NCBI GenBank assembly: GCA_031960885.1
Contig: JAVRLY010000006.1
Location: 1-27,141, forward strand
Reading direction: 5' to 3'
DNA length: 27,141 bases
Source: Desulfurella sp.
GTDB lineage: Bacteria > Campylobacterota_A > Desulfurellia > Desulfurellales > Desulfurellaceae
The notes beneath the pieces were generated by a model. The model was not told the origin of the DNA and did not search any database. It saw only the letters and a program-made list of their open reading frames with translations. The translations under genes and the position numbers were made by a program. Position 1 is the first letter of the stretch; every line of letters begins with the position of its first letter. Positions 8,092 through 16,756 of this stretch are shown here, in pieces.

Positions 8092-9228
8092 TTACATAAC
8101 CTCTAAAGACGCATTTAAACTACCGGCTTGCTTTAATGCTTCAAGTATAGCTATAATATCATTTGGCGTTGCACCAGCTTTATTTAGAGCATTAACAAGG
8201 TCTTTTACAGTTGCGCCTTTGTAAAAATTCAAGAAATGGCTTTGTTCTTGATTAACTGAAATTGTCGGGTTTTGTGTAGTTGTCGTTTGACCTAAAGATA
8301 AAGGGGCGGGCTGTGATACTTCTTTGTTTGGGCTAATTGTTACTGTTAAGTTTCCATGAGACACGCTTACAGGGTTTATTGTAACATTCCCGCCGATAAC
8401 CACTGTACCGGTTCTTTCGTCTATTACTACTTTTGGTTTTACTTCATTTGCAACCGTTAACTCATTAATTGCAGACACAAAGCCAACAATATCTCCTTTG
8501 TATAGGCTAGGGACATCTACTACCACACTGCCTGAATCATTGGCGTGAGCTATATATTGTTTAAAATGCGAATTTATTGCTTGTTGTATTCGGTTTGCCA
8601 TAGTAAAATCAGGGTGATTTAAATCAAAATACAATTTATCCATACCAGATAAATCAACTTCAACTTGACGCTCTACTAATGCACCATCTGGTATAATAGC
8701 GGTAGTGGGGAAATTTTGCCTTACATTTCCACCAGCAGTGCCAAAGCTAAAACCGCCTATAGACAGTGGGCCTTGTGCTACTGCATAAACTTTTCCATTT
8801 GCACCAATAAGCGGCGTCATAAGCAGCGTGCCACCTTGTAAACTTTTTGCATCGCCAATGGAAGCAACATTCACATTGATACGAGAGCCTTCTTTAATAA
8901 AAGGTGGTAAATTAGCTGTTACTATTACAGCTGCTATATTTTTTGTTTGCAAACTTGCTGTTAATGCAGGTGGCAGGTTGACGTCAAATCGTCTTAGCAT
9001 GTTTATAACAGATTGTATAGTAAATTTTGCATTTGTACCATCACCAGTTCCAGCTAAGCCAACTACTAGGCCATACCCAGCTAACTGGTTTTGTCTTACT
9101 CCTCGTACGTTTGTTATATCTCCAATTCTAACATCTAATGCATAAGAATTTAGACTATATATAAAAAATACAAAGAATATAAAAAATTTCAAAATGGTCT
9201 TATAAGTTCCCATAGTTTTGCAAGCCAT
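8092..9228 (-). CDS. flgI: Flagellar P-ring protein FlgI (start may be ATG 9213)
   Basis: RIGDI..VRGVR.NQL.GYGLVVGLAGTGD, SIGDAKSLQGGTLLMTPL, VVIDERTGTVV, LEALKQAGSL. Confidence 0.97.
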   Translation of the reverse strand: MACKTMGTYKTILKFFIFFVFFIYSLNSYALDVRIGDITNVRGVRQNQLAGYGLVVGLAGTGDGTNAKFTIQSVINMLRRFDVNLPPALTASLQTKNIAAVIVTANLPPFIKEGSRINVNVASIGDAKSLQGGTLLMTPLIGANGKVYAVAQGPLSIGGFSFGTAGGNVRQNFPTTAIIPDGALVERQVEVDLSGMDKLYFDLNHPDFTMANRIQQAINSHFKQYIAHANDSGSVVVDVPSLYKGDIVGFVSAINELTVANEVKPKVVIDERTGTVVIGGNVTINPVSVSHGNLTVTISPNKEVSQPAPLSLGQTTTTQNPTISVNQEQSHFLNFYKGATVKDLVNALNKAGATPNDIIAILEALKQAGSLNASLEVM

Positions 9229-9893
9229 CCAATATTATTTGTGTTACTAACAACACCTTTTCCATTATAGAATATTTTTGCATCAGAAATCAAGCTTGAA
9301 TCGATAGTATTTGAGCTTGAAATATCGTACTTGCTTATAATACCTGTTAGTACAACTGTATTTTCTTGGCCATTTGTATAAACCTGTTTCTCGCCTCTTA
9401 TAAAGAATCTATTATTTGGTAGTGCTTTGATAATTCGTGCTTCAAGTGTAGCTGTTAGTGTATTGCTTGATTGGTTTGTTCCAGAACCTTTATAACTATT
9501 TGAACCGCCAAAATTAGATAAATTGTTGCTTCCCCCATTTGCCAAGTTAAGTGCACTAAATATGCGATTTTGCATACCTAAAAGTGTGGTCAATCCACTG
9601 CTAGTTGATGAGCTTTCGCTTGTTTGTGTTTGAGAAGTATTTGTGCTTGCAGTTTGTTCACTAACAATTACAGTTACAAGGTCGCCCACATGTGAGGCTT
9701 TTATATCACCTACCAAATTCGAAGAGCTATCGCTCCACAAAGAACCTAATGCTTTATGGTTTGTTTCTTCAACGCTAGGTTGCTCCTCCACGTATTTTGG
9801 CATTTTTTCGTAATTGGCTTGAATTTGAGCTGTTGAGCAAGATCCTAAAAATAATAATGTGGTAAGCAACATAATTGTATTTAGTGTTTTCAC
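9189..9893 (-). CDS. flgH: Flagellar L-ring lipoprotein FlgH
   Basis: Lipobox LGSC, GSLW, D.KA..VGDLVTV, I.GEKQV, ISDAKIFYNGKG and GWL..PF. Start set at GTG 9893, 7 nt after GGAGG (9901-9905). Confidence 0.95.
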   Translation of the reverse strand: MKTLNTIMLLTTLLFLGSCSTAQIQANYEKMPKYVEEQPSVEETNHKALGSLWSDSSSNLVGDIKASHVGDLVTVIVSEQTASTNTSQTQTSESSSTSSGLTTLLGMQNRIFSALNLANGGSNNLSNFGGSNSYKGSGTNQSSNTLTATLEARIIKALPNNRFFIRGEKQVYTNGQENTVVLTGIISKYDISSSNTIDSSLISDAKIFYNGKGVVSNTNNIGWLAKLWELIRPF

Positions 9894-9917
9894 GCCACCA
9901 CCTCCATAGAAAATTAT

Positions 9918-9935
9918 TAGCAAAATCTATTCCAA
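9918..9935 (-). promoter_or_regulatory. Candidate sigma54 (RpoN) -24/-12 promoter of the flgH operon
   Basis: Minus strand reads TTGGAATAGATTTTGCTA, with exact GG-N10-GC spacing, just upstream of the flgH SD. Confidence 0.75.
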
Positions 9936-9953
9936 CTTTTAAGATTTTAATCG

Positions 9954-9982
9954 TTGATTTTTTGATTTACTTAACATATATT
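9954..9982 (+). promoter_or_regulatory. Candidate sigma70 promoter of the PepSY-like gene
   Basis: TTGATT-N17-TATATT followed by an AAGGAGG SD. Confidence 0.5.
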
Positions 9983-10004
9983 TATAGGAAAAGGAGGTTT
10001 TTTT

Positions 10005-10343
10005 ATGAGAAAAATAGCTATTATGTTAGGTGGTATTGTATTTAGTGCAAGTTTAGCATTTGCTGGTCCTTATGGTCCAAACGGTCCTGGTCCAATGATG
10101 AGAGGCTATGGCGCTTCAGTGTATCCAACTCAAAATATAAGTGAGTCTAAAGCAAAAGATATGATAAGGCAATTTTTGGATACTAATAGCATGAAAGATT
10201 ATAGAGTAATAAATATTCAAAAGATTCAAGTACCACGCGGAACAGCGTATTATGCCACAGTTGAAAACAAAAACAAACAGCAATATGAGATTCATGTTAA
10301 TCCGTGGGGGTATGTAGTTGGACCATTTGCTTTAGGACGCTAA
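10005..10343 (+). CDS. Small secreted protein, PepSY-like, with a Gly/Pro/Met-rich N-terminus
   Basis: Sec signal ending in AFA, GPYGPNGPGPMMRGYG, then the PepSY-like pattern ISESKAKD...YYATV...YEIHVNPWG. Strong SD. Confidence 0.65.
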   Translation: MRKIAIMLGGIVFSASLAFAGPYGPNGPGPMMRGYGASVYPTQNISESKAKDMIRQFLDTNSMKDYRVINIQKIQVPRGTAYYATVENKNKQQYEIHVNPWGYVVGPFALGR

Positions 10344-11257
10344 ATTTCAAAAGGCCTTAGACTATGTGTACCTACAATAATTTTTTTTACATTTGAAATC
10401 TTGTGTTTTTGGTGTGTGCCAAATTTATCAAGGTTAATAGTTAATTGTTTGCATGCATAGTTGATTGTATGACAATCTGTGTATTCTACGGTTAATGTGT
10501 GGTTACAACTGGTTAATTTATGGACTATAGTAATTGATTTTATATTTTGCAAGTGTAATTGTGTATTCGATTCTTTTAATAATATGGTGTTATCCATCAA
10601 AATACCCGATATAGTGTAATTATGTGTTGTGATTATTTTGTCAAATGATGGTAGGTTTTCTAAAATTTTTACTATAACGCTATCATTTTCGCCTGAAGCA
10701 GATTTTTGTTCTATAAAATCACAAAGTTGCGATAGGTATATGATACCATCGTCAAATGAATGTATGTTTTCAATGTTAGTTGATGAATCTACCCACACTA
10801 CAACACTTTGAAATTTTACTTTTGAAAAACGTTTATCTAATTTTCGTAAATATTCTTTTAACTGTTTTGTAAAAAATTTTGTTTTATTAAATGGGTTAGG
10901 TAGTTCTTTGTATGTTTGTCTTAAGTGTATATCTGTTTTTAATTGTATAATTTTGTTGTCTTTATAAGACTCAAATGTGCCATCTTTAGAATTTGCTGCA
11001 TAATAGATAGTTCCTTTGTAATTTTTTATTTCTATGCAAAAAATCGTATTTTTATAATAAACAATTGCGTCAATTTCCAAAAAAAGATGTTTGTTGTAAG
11101 GGTTTTTTAGTATACGGTTAAAAAACGATACATACTGTTTTTCGTTTAGAAGATTTTGTAATACTTTTTCAGCGCTAAAGCCAAAAATTTCTTGTCCAGT
11201 AGGTTCAATTGAAAATAACGAATTCCATAAGTTTTTTAAAATGCAAATGGCAAACAT
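10340..11257 (-). CDS. NERD (nuclease-related) domain protein with a C-terminal extension
   Basis: G..AE, EIDAIV...IFCIEIKNYKG (PD-(D/E)xK-type NERD signature) and NPF. Confidence 0.8.
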   Translation of the reverse strand: MFAICILKNLWNSLFSIEPTGQEIFGFSAEKVLQNLLNEKQYVSFFNRILKNPYNKHLFLEIDAIVYYKNTIFCIEIKNYKGTIYYAANSKDGTFESYKDNKIIQLKTDIHLRQTYKELPNPFNKTKFFTKQLKEYLRKLDKRFSKVKFQSVVVWVDSSTNIENIHSFDDGIIYLSQLCDFIEQKSASGENDSVIVKILENLPSFDKIITTHNYTISGILMDNTILLKESNTQLHLQNIKSITIVHKLTSCNHTLTVEYTDCHTINYACKQLTINLDKFGTHQKHKISNVKKIIVGTHSLRPFEI

Positions 11258-11259
11258 TG

Positions 11260-11595
11260 TTATACACTTATATCAATATTTAAGCCAGTTTGGGTTTGTT
11301 CATTTTCGCAATAGTTTAATAGCTCACATATACAATCGTAATCTTGAAAAAACTCTTTTTTTGTTTTTTTTGAGTAAATACGAAACATTTTTTTACCATC
11401 TTTAATGATTACATTAATATCTAAGTTATCTAAATGTCTTTGGAAGTGTTTTGTAAAAAGTTCTTGATAATTTAGCCTTTTTCGTTCTTGTTTTTTGTGC
11501 TCTTGTTTTTGTTTTTTGTAATAATCTTCTTGTTTGTTAAAAAGACCATTAATGCGATTTATTTTTTCAATTACTAAATCATCATCTGTGTCCAT
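11260..11595 (-). CDS. Hypothetical protein, weakly FlaG-like
   Basis: About 110 aa with a charged N-terminus, FRIYSKKTKKEF and a GLNIDISV C-terminus resembling FlaG. Start overlaps the accD end. The CDS looks real; the family call is weak. Confidence 0.55.
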   Translation of the reverse strand: MDTDDDLVIEKINRINGLFNKQEDYYKKQKQEHKKQERKRLNYQELFTKHFQRHLDNLDINVIIKDGKKMFRIYSKKTKKEFFQDYDCICELLNYCENEQTQTGLNIDISV

Positions 11596-12394
11596 TATCA
11601 AATAATTCTAAGAATTTAGCAATTGTATCTGGTAAATCTTTTCTTTCGCATATTACATCAATAAAACCTTTTTCGAGTAAAAACTCAGACCTTTGAAAGC
11701 CCTCAGGTAAAGCATGCCCTATGGTTTGTTCTATTACACGTGGTCCTGCAAAACCAATTAAAGCCTTTGGTTCGGCTATTATAATATCTCCAAGCATTGC
11801 AAAGCTTGCACTTACGCCACCTGTTGTCGGATCTGTTAATACAGAGATGTATGGTAAGCCTTTTTCTGATAATTTGGCCAAAGCAAATGAAGTGCGCTCC
11901 ATTTGCATCAAAGATAGTATACCTTCTTGCATTCGTGCACCGCCAGAAGAACTTATAATAACAAGTGGCAATTGGTGCTTTATAGCCTTTTCTATTGCCC
12001 TAACGATTTTTTCTCCTGTAGCATACCCCATAGACCCGCCTAAGAAAGAAAAATCCATTGCAACAATCACACATGCTTTTCCTTTAATTGCGCATGTGCC
12101 ACACACAACCGCTTCTTTATTTGATGTTTTTTCAATGGCTTCATTTACCCTATCTTTATAGGGTTTAAGGTCAACAAAATTCAATGGGTCTTTTGTTTTT
12201 ATATTTGAGTCAAATTCTTTGAAACTGTCAGCATCAACTGTAATAGCAATGCGATTTTTCGCAGATATTCTAAAATAATAACCGCATTTGCATACCCAAA
12301 AATTTCTCTCTATCTCATCAACATAAGACGTTTCGCCGCATGATGGACATTTTATCCATTTTTCTTCACTCTTTTTCTTTTTTTTGAATAGCAT
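11582..12394 (-). CDS. accD: Acetyl-CoA carboxylase carboxyltransferase beta subunit
   Basis: WIKC zinc finger, MDFSFLGGSMG, SGGARMQEG, DPTTGGVSASFA, GFAGPRVIEQT and FQRSEFLL. ATG 12394 follows an AAGGTG SD (GTG 12403 is the alternative). Confidence 0.96.
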   Translation of the reverse strand: MLFKKKKKSEEKWIKCPSCGETSYVDEIERNFWVCKCGYYFRISAKNRIAITVDADSFKEFDSNIKTKDPLNFVDLKPYKDRVNEAIEKTSNKEAVVCGTCAIKGKACVIVAMDFSFLGGSMGYATGEKIVRAIEKAIKHQLPLVIISSSGGARMQEGILSLMQMERTSFALAKLSEKGLPYISVLTDPTTGGVSASFAMLGDIIIAEPKALIGFAGPRVIEQTIGHALPEGFQRSEFLLEKGFIDVICERKDLPDTIAKFLELFDNGHR

Positions 12395-12399
12395 AATAA

Positions 12400-13677
12400 T
12401 CACCTTTTATAAACAGTTTTTCCTTTATAAATTGTTTGTTCTACACAACCATAAAGTGTTTTTGAATTAAAAGCCGAATTTTTACCCTTTGATTTAAATG
12501 TATTTGCATCCACAACCCATTCTTTATTTATATTGAGCAAAACAATGTTTGCAGATAATCCTTCGCTTAACGCGCCAGCTTTAATGTTAAATGTTTTTGC
12601 TGGTTTATAGGTTAAAAGCTCAATAGCTTTTGATAAACTGATAATATTTTTTTTGACCAAATATGTATTTACAACGCCAAAAGCAGTTTCAAGACCGCTT
12701 ATACCAAAACTTGCATCTTGAATAGGCACGTTTTTTGAGTCCAGTTCGTGTGGCGCATGGTCTGTTGCAATAGCGTCTATCAAATCTTCTTTAAAAGCTT
12801 CTAAAATGGCATTTACATCTTCAATTGACCTAAGCGGTGGGTTAACTTTTGCGTAAGTGTTGTAATTGTAAGCTTCTTCTTCGGTTAGGGCTAAGTGGTG
12901 CGGTGTTACTTCAAATGTTATATTTAAACCTTCTTTTTTGGCATTCCTTAACAGATAAATGGATTCTTTTGTGCTCACATGGCATATATGGACACGTGCA
13001 GTTTTTACAGCCCTTAATACCTCAATATCTCGAGCGATTGCTATACTTTCTGCAATGTTTGGTATACCTTTTAAGCCCAACTCAAAAGCTACCCTACCTT
13101 CGTTTATAACACCATCTTTTGAAAAACTGTAATCTTCTTCATGCAGGGCAAAAACAACGCCACTATCTTTTGTGTAAACAAGCGCTGTATAGAGCAAATT
13201 TGGGTCCCATACTGGTTTTCCATCATCACTAAATGCAATACACCCTGATTGTATTAAACTGAAAAAATCACATAATTGCTTGCCTTCTTGGTTTCTAGTA
13301 ATAGCGCCAATTGGATATATATCGCATAAAGCTACTTTAGAAGCTTTGTTTAAGATATAAGAAACGACTAACTCATTATCAATTGGAGGGTTTGTGTTTG
13401 GCATACAGCACACGCTTGTAAAACCACCCGCTATTGCAGCTTGTGAGCCGCTTTGTATATCTTCTTTTTTTGTAAAACCGGGGTCTCTTAAATGCGTGTG
13501 TAAATCAACAAATCCAGGACTTACTACTAGTCCTTCTGCATTAATCTCTAAATCAATTGACAAGCCGCTAGAGCTTCCCACAAATTCTATTTTATCATCA
13601 TTAATGACAACATCAGTAAGTTTTTCTATGTTGTTTGCGGGGTCTATTACTAAACCTGAATGAATAACAGTTCTCAT
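12400..13677 (-). CDS. pyrC: Dihydroorotase (type I)
   Basis: PGFVDLHTHLRDPG, MPNTNP, FSDDG, HICHVST, EVTPHHL, KVNPPLR, TDHAPH. Confidence 0.96.
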   Translation of the reverse strand: MRTVIHSGLVIDPANNIEKLTDVVINDDKIEFVGSSSGLSIDLEINAEGLVVSPGFVDLHTHLRDPGFTKKEDIQSGSQAAIAGGFTSVCCMPNTNPPIDNELVVSYILNKASKVALCDIYPIGAITRNQEGKQLCDFFSLIQSGCIAFSDDGKPVWDPNLLYTALVYTKDSGVVFALHEEDYSFSKDGVINEGRVAFELGLKGIPNIAESIAIARDIEVLRAVKTARVHICHVSTKESIYLLRNAKKEGLNITFEVTPHHLALTEEEAYNYNTYAKVNPPLRSIEDVNAILEAFKEDLIDAIATDHAPHELDSKNVPIQDASFGISGLETAFGVVNTYLVKKNIISLSKAIELLTYKPAKTFNIKAGALSEGLSANIVLLNINKEWVVDANTFKSKGKNSAFNSKTLYGCVEQTIYKGKTVYKR

Positions 13678-15098
13678 GACTCACCTAATTTTTTTTCTAT
13701 TAACTCATTAACTATTTTAGGATCAGCTTTTCCTTTTGTGGCTTTCATTACTGCGCCGACAAAAAAACCAATTGTATTTTTTTTGCCTGATTTGTATTGT
13801 TCTACTGTTTTGGGGTTAGATTCAATAACCTCGTTGATAATTTTTTCCAAAAGAGCACTATCTTGAACCAATGTCAAGTTTTCTTTTTCTATAATCGTTT
13901 TAGGCGCAAGAGCGCTTACATACATTTTTGCAAAAACCTCTTTTGCTATTTTACCACTAATTACATTATTTTCAACTAAATTAATAAGCTCAGCTAAATC
14001 TTCAGGTCTTACAGATATTTGCGTAATGTCTTTGTTTTCTTTATTTAAATAACCTAAAACTTCAGTTAGAACCCAATTTGCTGCTTTTTTTGGGTTTGAG
14101 AGTTTTGCAACTTTTTCAAAGTAGTCAGCAAGCTCTTTAGACTCAATAAGAATTTTTGCATCTTCTTCTTTCAAAACGTATTGCTCAATAAACCTTCGCA
14201 TTTTTTCAATTGGTAACTCTGGCAAATTGTTTTTAACTGAGCCTATAAAGCTATCATCAACATATATAGGAATTAAATCTGGGTCTGGGAAATATCTATA
14301 TTCATAAGCTTCTTCTTTAGAACGCATAGATTTAGTTGTAAATGTAGCTTCATCAAACAAGCGTGTTTCTTGCTTTATTTCTTGATTATCTTCAATTGCT
14401 TGAATTTGTCGCTCAATTTCATATTCCAAAGCTTTTTCTACGTGTTTAAAAGAATTTAAGTTTTTAATTTCTACTTTAGTGCCTAATTGGGTTTGATTTT
14501 TAGGTTTTACTGATACATTAGCATCGCATCTTAGAGAACCTTCTTCCATATTGCCATCGCAAATGCCTAAATATCGGACTATGTTTCGTAGTGATTTTAA
14601 ATACTCATATGCTTGTTTTGGGTTTTTTATAGCAGGTTTTGAAACTATTTCCAATAAGGGTACACCAGTTCTATTATAGTCTACAAAACTCGATTCATGC
14701 GTATGTATTGTTTTGCCAGCATCTTCTTCTATATGTATACGCTCAAGCGGTATTTTTGTAAAGTTGCCATCATCATCGATTTCGACATAACCGCCAGTTA
14801 GTATTGGCAACTCATATTGAGATATCTGGTAGTTTTTGGGTAAATCTGGATAAAAATAGTTTTTTCTTGCCATAACAGAAAATTGATTGATTTGACAATT
14901 TAGCGCAAGTCCCAGTTTTACAGCAAATTCAACCACTTTTTGGTTCATTACTGGCAAAGTGCCTGGCATGCCCATACAAACTGGACATACATTTTCGTTT
15001 GGCAGTGCGCCAAATTTTGTTGAACAAGAGCAAAATATTTTGCTGTCTGTTAAAAGCTGTATGTGAACTTCTAATCCGATTGTTGGTTCAAGTTCCAT
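13674..15098 (-). CDS. gatB: Asp/Glu-tRNA amidotransferase subunit B
   Basis: IGLEVHIQL, RKNYFYPDLPKNYQISQ, HIEEDAGK, GNMEEGSLRCDANVS, YRYFPDPDL and a C-terminal YqeY-like region. Confidence 0.98.
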   Translation of the reverse strand: MELEPTIGLEVHIQLLTDSKIFCSCSTKFGALPNENVCPVCMGMPGTLPVMNQKVVEFAVKLGLALNCQINQFSVMARKNYFYPDLPKNYQISQYELPILTGGYVEIDDDGNFTKIPLERIHIEEDAGKTIHTHESSFVDYNRTGVPLLEIVSKPAIKNPKQAYEYLKSLRNIVRYLGICDGNMEEGSLRCDANVSVKPKNQTQLGTKVEIKNLNSFKHVEKALEYEIERQIQAIEDNQEIKQETRLFDEATFTTKSMRSKEEAYEYRYFPDPDLIPIYVDDSFIGSVKNNLPELPIEKMRRFIEQYVLKEEDAKILIESKELADYFEKVAKLSNPKKAANWVLTEVLGYLNKENKDITQISVRPEDLAELINLVENNVISGKIAKEVFAKMYVSALAPKTIIEKENLTLVQDSALLEKIINEVIESNPKTVEQYKSGKKNTIGFFVGAVMKATKGKADPKIVNELIEKKLGES

Positions 15099-15116
15099 TT
15101 TTATGCTCCCCCTTTT

Positions 15117-15767
15117 TTAATCATACGGATTAATTATAAAATCTTGGGATTGTTGAACATCTTTAAATACCGCTTTTGGGCCAGATAGCGTGCGTATATA
15201 ATGTACTTTGTAGTCTATAATGAGTTTTATTGCGATTGAATAGATTTTGTGTTCAACTTTTAAGATTCTATCAGCTAGTGTTTGTGGTGTATCGTTGCTT
15301 AATACACTTACTGCGCCTTGTATAATAATTGGGCCACTATCTAACTCCTTAGTGACAAAATGGACAGTTGCACCGCTAATTTTAACCCCAGCTTCAATTG
15401 CTTGTTTTTGAGGATTAAGTCCTTTAAAGAGCGGCAATAGTGATGGGTGTATATTTAAAATCTTGCCTTCAAATGCATCTATAAAACTATCGTCCAATAT
15501 ACGCATAAATCCTGCAAGTACAATTAAATCAGGATTGTATGGCTTGATTTTATCTACTAAAATTTGGGCATATTCGTTTCTTGATAAACCCTTAGGCTCC
15601 AAAAGAATGCTTTCGATATTATTTTGTTTGGCAATTTCTAAGCCAGCACACGCTCTATCAGCTATTGCGCAAACAATTTGGCCTCTTAATGTGCCATTTT
15701 TTATGTTGTCTAGTATTGCTTTAAAGTTTGAACCTCTACCAGATAGCATGCAAACTATTTTAAACAC
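15117..15767 (-). CDS. purN: Phosphoribosylglycinamide formyltransferase
   Basis: SGRGSN, LAGFMRIL, NIHPSLLP, GATVHFV..ELDSGPII. Confidence 0.97.
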   Translation of the reverse strand: MFKIVCMLSGRGSNFKAILDNIKNGTLRGQIVCAIADRACAGLEIAKQNNIESILLEPKGLSRNEYAQILVDKIKPYNPDLIVLAGFMRILDDSFIDAFEGKILNIHPSLLPLFKGLNPQKQAIEAGVKISGATVHFVTKELDSGPIIIQGAVSVLSNDTPQTLADRILKVEHKIYSIAIKLIIDYKVHYIRTLSGPKAVFKDVQQSQDFIINPYD

Positions 15768-16756
15768 ACGCCACCACCAATGGTAACATGTCCAATTAAA
15801 TAACTTTGTATGCTGTGAGATTTAAAAATTTGTTGCACAACTTTAACGTTTTTTTCGTCAACTACCAACACAAACCCAATGCCCATATTAAACGTTCTAA
15901 ACATTTCTTCTTTTGGCAATTTTGCAATCTCGCCAACTAATAAGAATTCCTCTTGTGTTGGGATAATTTGTGTATCAATTTCGCAACCAAACCCTTCTAA
16001 ACATCTGGGTATATTATCAATAAAACCGCCGCCTGTAATGTGTGCTGCAGATTTTACGTATTGTTTGACTAGCTTTACATGGGGCACATATATTGTTGTT
16101 GGCGTGAGCAAAATTTCTGCTAATGTACGTTTTCCAATTACTTTATCCAAGTCGTATCTTGCTATTTCGAAAAAGGCTTTTCTTATCAATGCATAACCAT
16201 TTGAGTGAAAGCCACTTGATGTAATTCCTATTAAACAATCCCCTTCTTTGATTTTTCCTTCAAATAATTCGTCTTTTTTGCCTATCCCTACGCAAAAACC
16301 CGCTAAATCGTATTCGCCTTTTGCGTAAAAAGACGGCATTTGTGCAGTCTCGCCACCAGCAATTGCACAATTTGATTTTTTTAGTCCTTCTACAATGCCT
16401 TTAAAAATCTGTTCTAAAACATAATCGCTTAAATCGCTATATGCTATGTAATCTAGAAAAAAAGTTGGCATAATGCCAGTTGTGATAATATCGTTAACAT
16501 TCATTGCAACTAAATCTATGCCTACGCTATCGTGTTTATTGGCTGCGAAAGCAACCTTTAATTTTGTTCCAACGCCATCAGTTGTGGATGCAATTATGTT
16601 ATCACAACCATAATTGTTTAAGCTAAACAGACTGCTAAAAGCTCCTATTTTTGATATGAAACCGTCACTTGGCAAATCTTTTGACAATTGTTTTATGCTT
16701 TCAACAAATTGGTTACCTTTGTCTATATTAACGCCGCTATCTTTATAAGTTGTCAC
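15755..16756 (-). CDS. purM: Phosphoribosylformylglycinamidine cyclo-ligase
   Basis: TYKDSGVNI, TDGVGTK, GIDLVAM, GGETA.MP, SSGFHSNGY, HITGGG, FNMGIG. GTG 16756 follows a GGGGAG SD. Confidence 0.97.
   Translation of the reverse strand: MTTYKDSGVNIDKGNQFVESIKQLSKDLPSDGFISKIGAFSSLFSLNNYGCDNIIASTTDGVGTKLKVAFAANKHDSVGIDLVAMNVNDIITTGIMPTFFLDYIAYSDLSDYVLEQIFKGIVEGLKKSNCAIAGGETAQMPSFYAKGEYDLAGFCVGIGKKDELFEGKIKEGDCLIGITSSGFHSNGYALIRKAFFEIARYDLDKVIGKRTLAEILLTPTTIYVPHVKLVKQYVKSAAHITGGGFIDNIPRCLEGFGCEIDTQIIPTQEEFLLVGEIAKLPKEEMFRTFNMGIGFVLVVDEKNVKVVQQIFKSHSIQSYLIGHVTIGGGVCLK

Noticed and set aside
10065..10095. GGTCC short direct repeats
   Set aside because: They encode Gly-Pro repeats within a CDS and have no spacer structure, so this is not a CRISPR array or mobile repeat.
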